A stretch of 63,787 bases of DNA, the filler included, from Chrysochromulina tobinii (lineage: Eukaryota), in assembly GCA_001275005.1 (NCBI GenBank). It is 8 parts of 8 records of this genome, joined end to end, with 100 filler letters (N's around TTAATTAATTAA, not from the genome) between each part and the next. Parts side by side here need not be neighbours in the genome. Positions count along the whole stretch, not along the records: positions 30,631 to 34,527 come from JWZX01000484.1; positions 34,628 to 38,536 come from JWZX01000485.1; positions 38,637 to 59,706 come from JWZX01000486.1; 5 more parts are not named here. One strand, written 5' to 3'. Made by a program: the position numbers and the translations under genes. The first letter of the stretch is position 1; each line of letters starts with the position of its first letter. This document shows, in pieces, positions 30,631-40,473 of this stretch. The notes under the pieces were generated by a model that was not told where the DNA came from, did not search any database, and was given only the letters and a program-made list of their open reading frames with translations.

Positions 30631-30884
30631 ACAAGGACATCCAGCTCGCCAAGCTCAAGGTGCTCAACGAGCGCCCACTGATTACCTTTGATGGCCTCTG
30701 ATTGCTCATGATTGACTCCAGTTAACTCTGGTTCCTTTTGTATGCTCGCTAAGCTCAAGGCGCTCAAAGCGCCTCTGATTGGCCTCGGTGGTTTCTAAGT
30801 CACCTGATGACCTCTGAGTACCTCCCTCATCAGGTGCTCAATGAGCGAGCCCGGCGGGCGTACGCGGTCTCTCGCAATGCCTGA
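30631..30884 (+). CDS. 3' end of an unknown spliced gene (..KDIQLAKLK | VLNERARRAYAVSRNA*)
   Basis: AAG|GT donor at 30660, CCCTCATCAG acceptor at 30833, short last exon. Confidence 0.5.
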
Positions 30885-31377
30885 GCCATCGATGCCGTTG
30901 AGAAGAGAAGAAAGGGTGGGGGGGTGGGGGAGGCGCCAAACATGGCGCTGAAACGAGCCCCCCAACGGGCAACGGCCTCGCTGGGGGGGGGACTGGCCGA
31001 ACGACGTGCAGGTGACCCGGACGCTCGAGCACCTATGTCGACGCTGCGCTGGCGGCGCCGCATGGCGCATGCCGAGGGGCGGCCGCGTGCGGGCCGGGTC
31101 TGGGTGGTGGCCGTGAGCTCTCCGCACGTGCAGAGTCATGGCAAGTGTGTTTGCATGATGTGAGATCAGATGTGTGATTTTGAGTGCATGTGGTTCCACC
31201 AGGGTGGGTCGTGGTGCGTGGGCGTGACATCTCAGGCGCGGGTGCGCAGCAGACACGTCGGATGGGATGGATATGACAAGCAAATAACGAGCCGAGCGGG
31301 AGCGCGCCCGTGCGCCCCGTGCGCGTGTGTAACGCCTATTTACACATGTTTACAAGGGCGTCGTCGCGGGCGTCGCA

Positions 31378-33216
31378 ATGGCGGCACTCGCGCCATCGCT
31401 CTGGAGTCGTCGCCTGCACGACGCGGACGCGGACGCGCTGCGGTACCGGCTGCTCGCCGCCCAGCTGCGCCCGCGACAGTCGCAGATCCGAGCGCTGCGC
31501 GAGCGCGTGCTTGCTGCTCTCAGCGACGAGGCCGCCGCGTTGGATGCTCTCGAGGCGGCGGCCGAGCGGCAGCAGGAGCAGCAGCAGCACGCACTCAAGT
31601 ACGGGCAGTATTTGAACGTTCTTTCTCTCAGTGCACGTGGCCGCCGCAAGCGGCGGCAGCATCAGCATGCTGCGCCTGCCGCCCGACGCCGACGAGATCC
31701 GTCACACGCTCTCCGAGCTTGGCGCTCCCATTGCCGGGCCGATGCAGGTGCTGCACGCATACCGGCTGCGCAACGCGCGGCTCCACGAGGAGTTCAACGT
31801 GCTCGCGAGTGGCGGCCGGCCCCTGGGCGAGCAGCAGCGCGGCGCGGGCCCGCCGCTCACGCACCGACTTCTCGCCATGCACCTCCATCGCGCTTCAGTC
31901 GAGCATATTCTCGTCTACGGCCTCCGTCCGAAGCCGCCGGTGGATGCGCCGCTCGAGTGGCAGGTGGACCCTCGCAGCGTGCCCGAGGCGGGATGCGTCG
32001 ACATGGGCGCCCTCGCCGGCCTCGTCGCCGCCTCGAAGCCGCCGCCCGCACCGTTTGCTCTCTTTGCGGGGCGTGCCGCATGGGACGCGCTGCTCAACGG
32101 CGCTCGCGACGACGCGTTGACAGAGCGAGACGCTGCCGCGGCGGCGCGCCTCGGCGCGCGGGACGCGGCCGCCCAGAAGCGCGCGCCTCCACCTCCGCCT
32201 CCGCCTCCACCTCCGCCGCCGCCGCCTCCGCCGCCGCCGCCGCCTCCGCCGCTGAAGTCGAAGGGCGCGAAGAAGCTCGAGGCGGAAGGCTCGCCCACGA
32301 CGGCGCCTCCGCCACTTGGGTACGAGGCGAGCGTCGTCGTGGGCGCTGAGGTGTCGGAGCCTCGGCTGCTGCTGCTGTGCCGCGTGCTCGTTGCGGCGCC
32401 AGCCGGCGGCGACGGACGGTCCGCCTCGTCCAAATTAGGGTGGCCGCCTTCCAAATTAGGGTTGCCGGGCACGGCGACCGCCGAGCCGACGCATCTGCTG
32501 CCACTCCATCTCGTCCATTATGCGCTCAGCTCGGCGCCCACCACGACGCCGCCGCCCACCACGACGCCCCACGCGCAGGGGGCGATGGCCGCGGCGGCGC
32601 CCCTGCCCAACACGGCGCCGATGCCCAACACGGCGCTCCTGCCCAAAGCGGCCGAGAGGAGCGCTCTCGTGGCGCAGCAGCAGCAGCAGGAGCCCACCAC
32701 GGCGCCCACCAAGGAGCCCACCACGGCGCCCATCGCCTCGCCGTCACGCAAGTCGGGCGGCGCCCAACACGGCGCCAAGAGCGGCGCGGGTCGCAAGGTG
32801 AACCCGCCGACCGAAGGGGGTGGCCGCCTTGCATGCACGCGCTCACGATGGCGCTCGCTCCCCTCTCCCCACAGGTGAGCAAGCCGACGGAGGAGGGTGA
32901 CGAGGTCGATGCAGAGCTCTCCTCCTCCGTGCACCCGAGCCTCCGAGGCATCCGCGAGCACGCCCACCTCCTCAAGTGCCAGCGCGTAACGGCCGAGCGC
33001 ATGCATGAGCTCGCCGCCGTCTTGGGCGCCTCTCTCGAGGGCATGCGCGCGCAGCTCACGACGGCGCGGGCGCACGCCCTCGTGGGCGAGGCCCATCGAG
33101 AGGCGGAGCTGCAGGGACTGCTCCAGGACGGACGGGTGGAGCTCGCACGCCTGAAGAAGCTCAATCGCGAGCTCGCGGGTGAGCTGCAGGCTACGTACTC
33201 GGACACTTACCGATGA
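31378..33216 (+). CDS. Coiled-coil and degenerate PARP/ART-fold-like protein, spliced (intron 32798-32874; frame junction near 31600-31631 unresolved)
   Basis: LPPDADE..QVLHAYRLRNARLHEEF, RLLLLCRVLV and LLPLHLVHY resemble PARP catalytic-domain strands; no H-Y-E triad seen. Confidence 0.45.
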
Positions 33217-33597
33217 TGGCGAGCGTTTACGTGGACTGGCTGTTTGCGGGGGGACCGCGACGAAACTGACTGCTAACTAACTGAGGTGTGAATTCATAAT
33301 TAGCGGAGGAGAAACTGCTGTGTCAAGGTGAACGAGCGGAGCGAGCAGTCCAACGCGCGCGCCGGCCCCTCGAGAGGTACGAGACTGTGACCCCATGGCG
33401 TGCTCGTGCGCGCTGGCCCTTGTGGCCAACTCGAGAGCCGCCGGCCGGTGCCTCGAAGCGCCCTCGCGGAGCATGGCATGCATCGCACCTTTGGGGCCTC
33501 GGGAGCCTGACTTTTTCTCCGATTGCGTGTCAGGGAAACTCGTCGGCCAACTCTATCGCGCCGCCACAGCACTCGACGCCACGACCGCGCAGAACAA

Positions 33598-34527
33598 ATG
33601 GGTTCCGGCAGCTCCAAGGCCGCTGCCGAGAAGGCCGCTGCCGAGGCCGCTGCCGAGAAGGCCGCTGCCGAGAAGGCCGCTGCCGAGAAGGCCGTTGCCG
33701 AGAAGGCCGCTGCCGAGAAGGCCGCTGCCGAGAAGGCCGCTGCCGAGAAGGCCGCTGCCGAGAAGGGCAGCGACAGACATTTGTGGCAGGCCGCAAAGGA
33801 CGGCGACGAGGCGGAGCTCAGGCGGCTAATCGGCCTTGGATGGAGCGTCAACTGGCACCATCCTGATTATGTGCGCCGCCGCATGTGCCTCGCGTGGGCG
33901 CCCGCGTCCTCGCCGCCTCTGCTGCTTTCGCCGCCGCGCTCGCCCGAGACGGCGCCGTGTCCCCAGAGCTCGCTGCACCGCGCGCGGCCGCGCTGGCTGC
34001 GCCGCCACCCCGCCGCCCCGCCGAGCTTGGCACACGCGTCCTCGCCGCATGGCGCGCGCCGCACCCCCGCGTGCTCGCCCACGCTCCTCGCGTGCTCTGG
34101 CACTCGATGACGCCGCGTGTGCTGCATTTGCCACAGGGCGGATTCACAGGACTGATGCAGGCCTCATTGAACGGGCACGAAGGGTGCGTCCGCCTCCTCC
34201 TCGAGGCCGAGGCCATCGAGGTCAACGCCAAGGTAAGCCTCGAGCATGCCCTCCCCCAGCACATGCGATGGATCCGCTTGCATGTAGTCATTCCGCTTGG
34301 CCTCTCGTTTGTCTTTAGAACATCTACGATGTGACAGCATTGCATTACGCGGCAGCCATGGGCCGCCTCGCGATCGCCAAGCGCCTTCTCGAAGGGGGCG
34401 CCGATCCGACGCTTCGAGACATTGACGGCAAGACGGCCATCGACGACGCACGGAGGAATGGCAAGAGCGAGGTCGTGGCGCTCCTCAGCGAGCCTCGGTA
34501 CGCCGCGCGCATGCACACTGATTGCCC
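33598..34527 (+). CDS. Ankyrin-repeat protein with putative N-myristoylation site and AAAEK repeat; exons 33598-33870, 34137-34232, 34319-end
   Basis: MGSGSSK start; LWQAAKDGD, TGLMQASLNGH, TALHYAAAMG, GADPTLRDIDGKTA; canonical GT-AG phase-0 introns. Confidence 0.85.
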
Positions 34528-34627
34528 NNNNNNNNNNNNNNNNNNNNNNNNNNNNNNNNNNNNNNNNNNNNTTAATTAATTAANNNNNNNNNNNNNNNNN
34601 NNNNNNNNNNNNNNNNNNNNNNNNNNN
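34528..34627. other. Artificial contig linker
   Basis: N44-TTAATTAATTAA-N44. Confidence 0.98.
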
Positions 34628-35945
34628 GTCCCTGTTGGTCGAGCGGATAGAGCGGCTTAATCAGCAGAAGCGAGCTGGTCTGTACCTGGGTGTCTTCGTA
34701 TCGGCGCCCGCGTAGACGGGCGTGTGTGAAACGGATGGTTGCAGTGGCTGGAGTTGCTGAGAGCACAAGGACCTTCCAGCCTAGGCCGTTCAACTCGTCA
34801 CAGGGGTAGTCGGGCCACATGTGTCGGCCGACTGCCAGCTCAGCGCCGGGCATTGGGGTCTCTTGGATGGGCTCAAGCGTGACTGGGTGGTCCACTAGCT
34901 CAGGCACCTCAGGAGAGGCAGCTCGCGTGGGCGAGAGTGCAGCTGGGCGTGCTCCTCGAGGCGGATCTCGAGGGGAGAACGGATCGGTGGCGACGCGAAG
35001 CGCCTGCTCGTAGGCCTGTATCTCCGCGGCTGCCTTGAGCTGGCTGAACTCGCTAGTCAGGGCCGCCATATGCTGGTCGCCGACGACCGTCGGGACATTG
35101 ACCGACTGGGTGCAGTCCACGTGGCACCCGGAGGCCTTTCGGATAAGGGACTCGTGCTCGGCGACTCCCATACGGCGGTAGACGTGGAGCGACTCGGGGC
35201 ACATCCAGCGGCATATGAGCTGGATCATGCCATCATCCACACCGGCAGCGTGAAGCGCCGAGGCCAGCCCCGAGCGGAAGGAGTGGAATGAGTAGAGGCT
35301 GGCAACCGCCGTTCCATAAAGGTGGGCTAGGGCCGCCCTCAGCATGGAGTGGAGAAAGTGGTGCGTGTAAGGCTCGCCCGCCGCATCAGCAAACAAGGGC
35401 GTCGTGCTGCGGTTGGTAACGAACCTACCCACGCGCAGCTCGAGGTCCCGCAGCGCGGCCGCAGCGTTGATTGGGTCATCCGGGTGAAACGTGAGTACCA
35501 CACCAAATGGGCAGTGGATCTCGCCGGTCTGATCCGGCTTGCTGCGCGGGGGTGCCAGACGGGCGCCGTCGATCCCTGGGCGCATGGCCGCCAGCTGCGC
35601 GGCCGTCGGGTGAGAGATGGCGACGCCCCCAATGACCCAAGTGAGCGACTCAAACGTGAGGAACATGATCTCGCCAGACTGGTGCCGGACGATCTCGCCG
35701 AGGCGAAAGGCGGTGACCATCATTACGCAAATGAGCCGGCGAAACATGAAGACATGGTGGTCGGTATCGCTCCACTGGAGGCCCCCGATACATACGGTGG
35801 AAGTGTCCGTAGCGGGGATAGCGAAGAGCTCACGGCGTTGAGAGCGCTCGATGAAGCAATTCCGCGCAAAGGCCGACGGCGATCGGAGGTTCAGTAGGGC
35901 GCAGGCAGGTGACGAGAGGCGACGAGGTCGGGGCTCGGGCTGCAA
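34628..35945 (-). CDS. Tyrosine recombinase catalytic domain with a C-terminal extension
   Basis: FRLGEI (R), SKPDQ (K), HSFRSG (HxxR), CRW (W), VYRR (Y). Confidence 0.87.
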
Positions 35946-38502
35946 CGGGTCGCAACCGGGAGTGTAGCAATGCGGCTATCTCCGCTGAATGACCGGACCC
36001 GCTGGGAGACGCATCGTGGGCTATGGGGCGGCCGTCCATTGATATGTTGTGCGAGCCGAGCGCCGTTGACGTGACAACCGGCCGTGATCCGGCATCCGCA
36101 CGCTGGATTCCCGCTAGTCTGTCCTCTTCGGCCTCCGCACGACGAGCCTCCGCCAACCTTTCGCGCGGGTCTCGAGCGAGCCATGCCTCAAGTTCACGCC
36201 GCGCCTCCGATTCGGCGCGCTCCCTCTCCACTCTGGTGGGACGCGGTGGCGATTCGGTGCCATCGAGCCGCATGAGGGTCATCTCCACTCCCCTCCACGG
36301 CGCTCGAGCACGGTCAATCTCTTCGAGACCCTCGGTATCGCCGAACAGAAGCCCATCCCTCCATTCCCGCTTAGAGAGGACGAGCGTGGCCTCCACAGCT
36401 CTCCACTCGGCGCGAGCGAGTTCTCCGGAATGGACGAAGCCGGGCTCCCGCTCTGCGAGCGCTAGTTCGCTTGGTTGGGCGAGCTCGGGCCGGTGGAGTG
36501 CTTCATCCGCAGCCCGCCATTCGGCCAACTCGAGCTGCCGCCCCACCTCAGCGTCGATCATGTACCAACAGACGCGGTTGTCTCCGATGCGGGTGAGACG
36601 CATCACTGCGCGGATGGCACGTGAAATCGTAGAGTTGGCTCGGGGGGAGTAGCGAAAGATGTCGACGAGAGGATCGACAGGTAGATCGTACAGGTGGCGG
36701 GACGTAGGCATCACAGAGGACGCGCCCTGAGCTATAGGCTGATCGCCGATAAGGTGAGGGTTGAAAACGCCCCGAGCTGTACCGGCCAGATGAGACCGCT
36801 CGCGCAGGCAGCGGATGACCACGCGATAGAGATCGCGGACACCGGCCGAGATATCCAAGAGCTGGGGTCGCACTCCGAGCATCGTACAAAGCTGGTGAAA
36901 CTCGGACCAACGGGCACGCGAGATCAAGTCCGCCAGAATGTTGGCATCGCCATAGAGGTGTGCGACGCGAAGGCGCCCATAGAGCGAGCGCCACTCCGGC
37001 GAGCAGATGAGGTGCTGGTAAGCTTCCACAATGACGGTGCTCTTGGCGGACTCAGCAGCGAGAACACGCGCCGTGGTGAGGGCGTCGGTATACAGATCGA
37101 CCCAGGCCGGCGCGGAGGCCGAACCAAGCTGGTGGAGGTGAGGGTAGAACATGAGTACGTTGAATGCAGCACCCAAGAACTCGAGGATGGGTATAGATAG
37201 GTAAGGTACATCGGAGGCTGGCACCGCGAAGTACCAGTAGAGACCGTGAAGGTAGCCGCCCACCCCCGGGGTGGCCACGTCGGCGTAGCAGGCGTCCGAG
37301 AAGAGCTCGAGCGAGACGGACGGCAGAACCTCAAGATTTTCGCGGAGGAGGGCGCGCTTCACGCTGACTCCGCACGAGTCGGTGAGGATGTGCTGCCAGC
37401 GCTTAAGCTGCCCCCGCATCAGAGCGTCGCAGCGGACGACGCCCGAGGGTCCGTCGCGGGACGCGCCGTCGGGACCGTGAGGTCGGTAAAGCCCGTGCAT
37501 GATGTTGCGCCCGCGGAGGTTGACAGCTCGTAGATGCTCAAGAAGTCCGCAAAGGGCTCTATAGGCGTGGAACTCGAGGCGATCGGCAAGTGCCTCCCCA
37601 ATGGCGGCACTAGCGCGCAGGATCTTGTCACGGGTGACGACCACCAGGCCGAGAATGGGGATGAGGAGTACACCAATCCATTTGCACCAAGTGCCGAGGC
37701 TGCGCTTCTCGGCTATAGCCATACGAAGGCGCATGCGATTAGTAAGGCGGCGCCAGTTCCGCAGGGACATGATTTTCACCTTCGGGCCTACAGCGAACAT
37801 CTGGGCGTCGTCGGTGAAGAAGAAGCAGCGGTAGGGTCGCAGCTGAGGGCAGACATAGCCCGGAGGTATGTCGCTGAGGCGAGACGGCGCAGGGATGGCG
37901 GGTCGGCGCTCCGAAGGGGGAGCCGTCCACTGGCGGATGTCGACGCACAGCTCACCCTCTCGCCTTTGCAGCGCGAGCCGGTGCTCGAGCCACGCCAACT
38001 CCGCGGCCGAGTAGACGGCACCCGTAGCAAAGTACTCGGTGTCCATATCCTCATAGTAGAGGATGACGAGGGAGTCACTGAAGCGTTGAGCGAGATTGGA
38101 TGAGCCGTGCAGGCCAAAGCCGAGGACGCGCTCAGAGATAAAGCGAGGGCCGGAGCCATCGGCGCGGTCCAGGATTATACCCACCTTGCTCAGCTCGGAT
38201 GTGGCAACCGCAAGATGATTGAAGTAGTCTTTGATATCATCGTTGGAGCAATAGAGCGCAGTCTGCCAACGAGAAGCAGCCCGGCCCAAGACGGCCATGT
38301 CGCGCATGACGTTCTCAAGGGTCGGCTTAACCTCTGGAGGCCACTTGGTCGGGCGTCGGCGGCCGTCGGAGGGAGGGATAGGGTTATCCCGCGGCAGCCC
38401 GCGCAGGCGCAGCCACTCCAAGAAGGGCTCTCGGTGGTCGGAGACGAAGTGTTGGGGCATGTGGTAGATCCTCGCGGCCTCATTGAGGGATAGCGCACGC
38501 AC
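35830..38502 (-). CDS. Reverse transcriptase + RNase H (DIRS-like), 5' truncated
   Basis: DDIKDYFNHL, LGFGLHGSS..QR, FFTDD, KWIG; RNase H LFSDAC, ILEFLG, YTDA, HLYGDANILADLISR. Confidence 0.88.
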   Translation of the reverse strand: MRALSLNEAARIYHMPQHFVSDHREPFLEWLRLRGLPRDNPIPPSDGRRRPTKWPPEVKPTLENVMRDMAVLGRAASRWQTALYCSNDDIKDYFNHLAVATSELSKVGIILDRADGSGPRFISERVLGFGLHGSSNLAQRFSDSLVILYYEDMDTEYFATGAVYSAAELAWLEHRLALQRREGELCVDIRQWTAPPSERRPAIPAPSRLSDIPPGYVCPQLRPYRCFFFTDDAQMFAVGPKVKIMSLRNWRRLTNRMRLRMAIAEKRSLGTWCKWIGVLLIPILGLVVVTRDKILRASAAIGEALADRLEFHAYRALCGLLEHLRAVNLRGRNIMHGLYRPHGPDGASRDGPSGVVRCDALMRGQLKRWQHILTDSCGVSVKRALLRENLEVLPSVSLELFSDACYADVATPGVGGYLHGLYWYFAVPASDVPYLSIPILEFLGAAFNVLMFYPHLHQLGSASAPAWVDLYTDALTTARVLAAESAKSTVIVEAYQHLICSPEWRSLYGRLRVAHLYGDANILADLISRARWSEFHQLCTMLGVRPQLLDISAGVRDLYRVVIRCLRERSHLAGTARGVFNPHLIGDQPIAQGASSVMPTSRHLYDLPVDPLVDIFRYSPRANSTISRAIRAVMRLTRIGDNRVCWYMIDAEVGRQLELAEWRAADEALHRPELAQPSELALAEREPGFVHSGELARAEWRAVEATLVLSKREWRDGLLFGDTEGLEEIDRARAPWRGVEMTLMRLDGTESPPRPTRVERERAESEARRELEAWLARDPRERLAEARRAEAEEDRLAGIQRADAGSRPVVTSTALGSHNISMDGRPIAHDASPSGSGHSAEIAALLHSRLRPVAARAPTSSPLVTCLRPTEPPIAVGLCAELLHRALSTP

Positions 38503-38536
38503 GCCGCTAGCGTCAAAAGTGGCCTGGCGGGGGCCG

Positions 38537-38636
38537 NNNNNNNNNNNNNNNNNNNNNNNNNNNNNNNNNNNNNNNNNNNNTTAATTAATTAANNNNNNNN
38601 NNNNNNNNNNNNNNNNNNNNNNNNNNNNNNNNNNNN
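38537..38636. other. Artificial contig linker
   Basis: N44-TTAATTAATTAA-N44. Confidence 0.98.
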
Positions 38637-38813
38637 GACGAGGTCTTCACCCGCATGGACAACGGCGCGCACATGTACTTCTGCGGCCTCAAGGGCATGA
38701 TGCCCGGCATCACCGAGATGCTTGAGCAAGTCTCGTCCAAGAAGGGCCTCGTCTGGGAGGACAAGCTCAAGGAGTGGAAGGAGAAGGGCCAGTGGCACGT
38801 CGAGGTTTACTAA
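38637..38813 (+). CDS. petH: Ferredoxin-NADP+ reductase, C-terminal 58 aa (absent from the ORF track)
   Basis: [40 protein letters not shown] and the terminal VEVY are plant-type FNR signatures. Confidence 0.93.
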   Translation, partial: DEVFTRMDNGAHMYFCGLKGMMPGITEMLEQVSSKKGLVWEDKLKEWKEKGQWHVEVY

Positions 38814-39124
38814 GCGAGTTTAGCAGGCCGAATCACGGCACTTGTCTGAAACTTTTGTGCCGGACCCGCCACTCAGACCATCACACCGCGCCTCCGCGCG
38901 CCGGCCCGCGAGCCGCGACGCCGAAGCACAAACCTGCAGAACCGAGCCCTCTCACGCAACGCGGTGTGTTGATCGTCCGGGTGTGTTTCACACAGTGGTT
39001 TCACAGCTTTCTTCGTCTGCAGCGGCGACGTGTCGGGCCTTCACGTACGATGCCAAGGTCAGCGGCCCGCGCAGCTGAGAACACACGCGCGCGCTGCCTT
39101 CTGCGCCAGCCCTCCTTCATCCAT

Positions 39125-39217
39125 GCTCTATGAGGACCACTGCCAAATCGGGCGCCTACTGAGGGGTCATTGGCCTCGATGCGTTCAAAAATATTGAGCT
39201 CAAACCGAGAGCTGAGC
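39125..39217 (+). ncRNA. Putative box C/D snoRNA 1
   Basis: GCTC..GAGC terminal stem, C box ATGAGGA, D' CTGA preceded by TCGGGCGCCT (resembles antisense to LSU AGGCGCCCGA), D box CCGA or CTGA. Confidence 0.5.
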
Positions 39218-39261
39218 CGTCGCCCTGCCACTGCTCCTGATGCTGCTGCCTCTGCCTCGCC

Positions 39262-39338
39262 AAGGGGATGACGAACGAGGTGCTGCGTTCTTCTTGACGC
39301 CCGCTGGGCGCATGAAAACCATAACCTGTTCTGAATTC
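39262..39338 (+). ncRNA. Box C/D snoRNA 2 (5.8S and LSU guides)
   Basis: C box GGATGA; GCTGCGTTCTTC (39282-39293) is antisense to conserved 5.8S GAAGAACGCAGC just before D' TTGA; TAACCTGT (antisense to LSU ACAGGTTA) before D box CTGA at 39331. Confidence 0.75.
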
Positions 39339-39371
39339 TGCAAATCCGACCCTTTCCGGCTGGCCTGGCGT

Positions 39372-39455
39372 GAACGTTGATGTTACCTAAGCCACATCCT
39401 CTGACCAAAAGGGTTGAGGAATAGGCCGAAGACGGGAATCTCACGAGCTGAGTTC
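39372..39455 (+). ncRNA. Putative box C/D snoRNA 3
   Basis: GAAC..GTTC stem, C box TGATGT, D' CTGA, C' TGAGGA, GGGAATCTC (antisense to LSU GAGATTCCC), D box CTGA at 39448. Confidence 0.6.
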
Positions 39456-39503
39456 TAATGTTCCTGGCTGCCCTGGGCCTCCCGACGGCCGCCCTTCCAG
39501 CCC

Positions 39504-39582
39504 TGCCGATGACGACCTTATATTAGCTCTATCAGAACACTCTGACGATACCACACTTCATTCATGCGTGTCATCTGAGGCA
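39504..39582 (+). ncRNA. Box C/D snoRNA 4 (18S and LSU guides)
   Basis: TGCC..GGCA stem, C box CGATGA; TATTAGCTCTA antisense to 18S TAGAGCTAATA before D' CAGA; TTCATTCATGCGTGTCA antisense (with G-U pairs) to LSU TGACGCGCATGAATGGA before D box CTGA at 39575. Confidence 0.82.
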
Positions 39583-40473
39583 AAGCGGCTGTTCCTTGCC
39601 GATGGCTCGGCTGCCTTGACTGACCACCATCTGCTACTGACCGATCCGCTCATCAATGATGTGTGTGCCTGTGTGTGTTTGTTTGCAGGATCAGCAGTCC
39701 TGACGGCTTACGGCCGAGCCACGTAGTGCGAACGATCGTGTAGCCCTCGCGGTAAGGCCCGTTAATGCATAAAGGCGCTCTCGGCTTAGTTAACGTTCAG
39801 GTGAAGGCCAGGTTAAGTACATAGGTGCTGATTACATAGAGTACAGAGGTAAAGTACAGAGAGTACATAGGTACTCACTCGCACGTCACCACACAGGGCG
39901 CGCGCGCCTCCCGGGCCCGCCTCTGTCCCTCCCGGGCCCGCCTCTGTCCGCGCGTCCGGCCTCCGCCCTCCGCGGCCGCCGTGCGCCGAAAAGCGTGACG
40001 ACGCGAAGTGGTGACGTCTGGTCGCTCGCGACCGCTCTCATGCACACGAACAACGTCAACGACGTCACCCGGCGTCCGCGCGCGCGTAGCTTGTTGCCGT
40101 CACGCCACGCCACACGCGGGCGCCCGGCCGGTTCTCGGTCACATGAGTCATGACACATGATCGTACGGACCGGCCGCGCGCGCCGTCCACCCGGGACGCT
40201 TAAACCCACGTCTCCTCCGCAAGGAGTCCCCATCTGCCAACACGCGAACACGACACCTCCAGTAACACGCGGCCCATCGATGCGAGAATGCCAAGGGCCG
40301 TCGCGAGCGGCGTAACAGCGGGTCAGCCAGCACCTGTAACAAGCAGGCTGCACAGCGCCGTGGCACACTCCACAGCAGATTGTGAACGCCGAGCCAGTCA
40401 TCATCTGTCATCAATGCATCTCCCATCATCCGATTCCATCCTCGCTTTTATCCCTGCCCGCTGCCGCCGCGCC

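Larger units (their letters stand above)
34628..38536 (-). mobile_element. DIRS/Ngaro-type tyrosine-recombinase retrotransposon (internal part; ends not in the contig)
   Basis: An RT-RNase H ORF followed by a tyrosine recombinase ORF on the same strand. Confidence 0.88.

Noticed and set aside
24614..35945. Tyrosine recombinase as the invertase for the Kelch segment
   Set aside because: They lie on different contigs and the recombinase belongs to a retrotransposon; nothing in the sequence links them.
34628..38536. Retron, DGR or other RT-based defence/diversifying system
   Set aside because: RT + RNase H + tyrosine recombinase is the established DIRS-type layout; no template/variable repeat pair or retron ncRNA seen.
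38940..39086. Possible H/ACA snoRNA ahead of the C/D cluster
   Set aside because: An ACA is present near 39081, but no clear H box or two-hairpin fold could be confirmed by eye.
39282..39293. rRNA gene fragment
   Set aside because: Matches are 9-17 nt antisense segments next to D/D' boxes, so they are guides and not rDNA.
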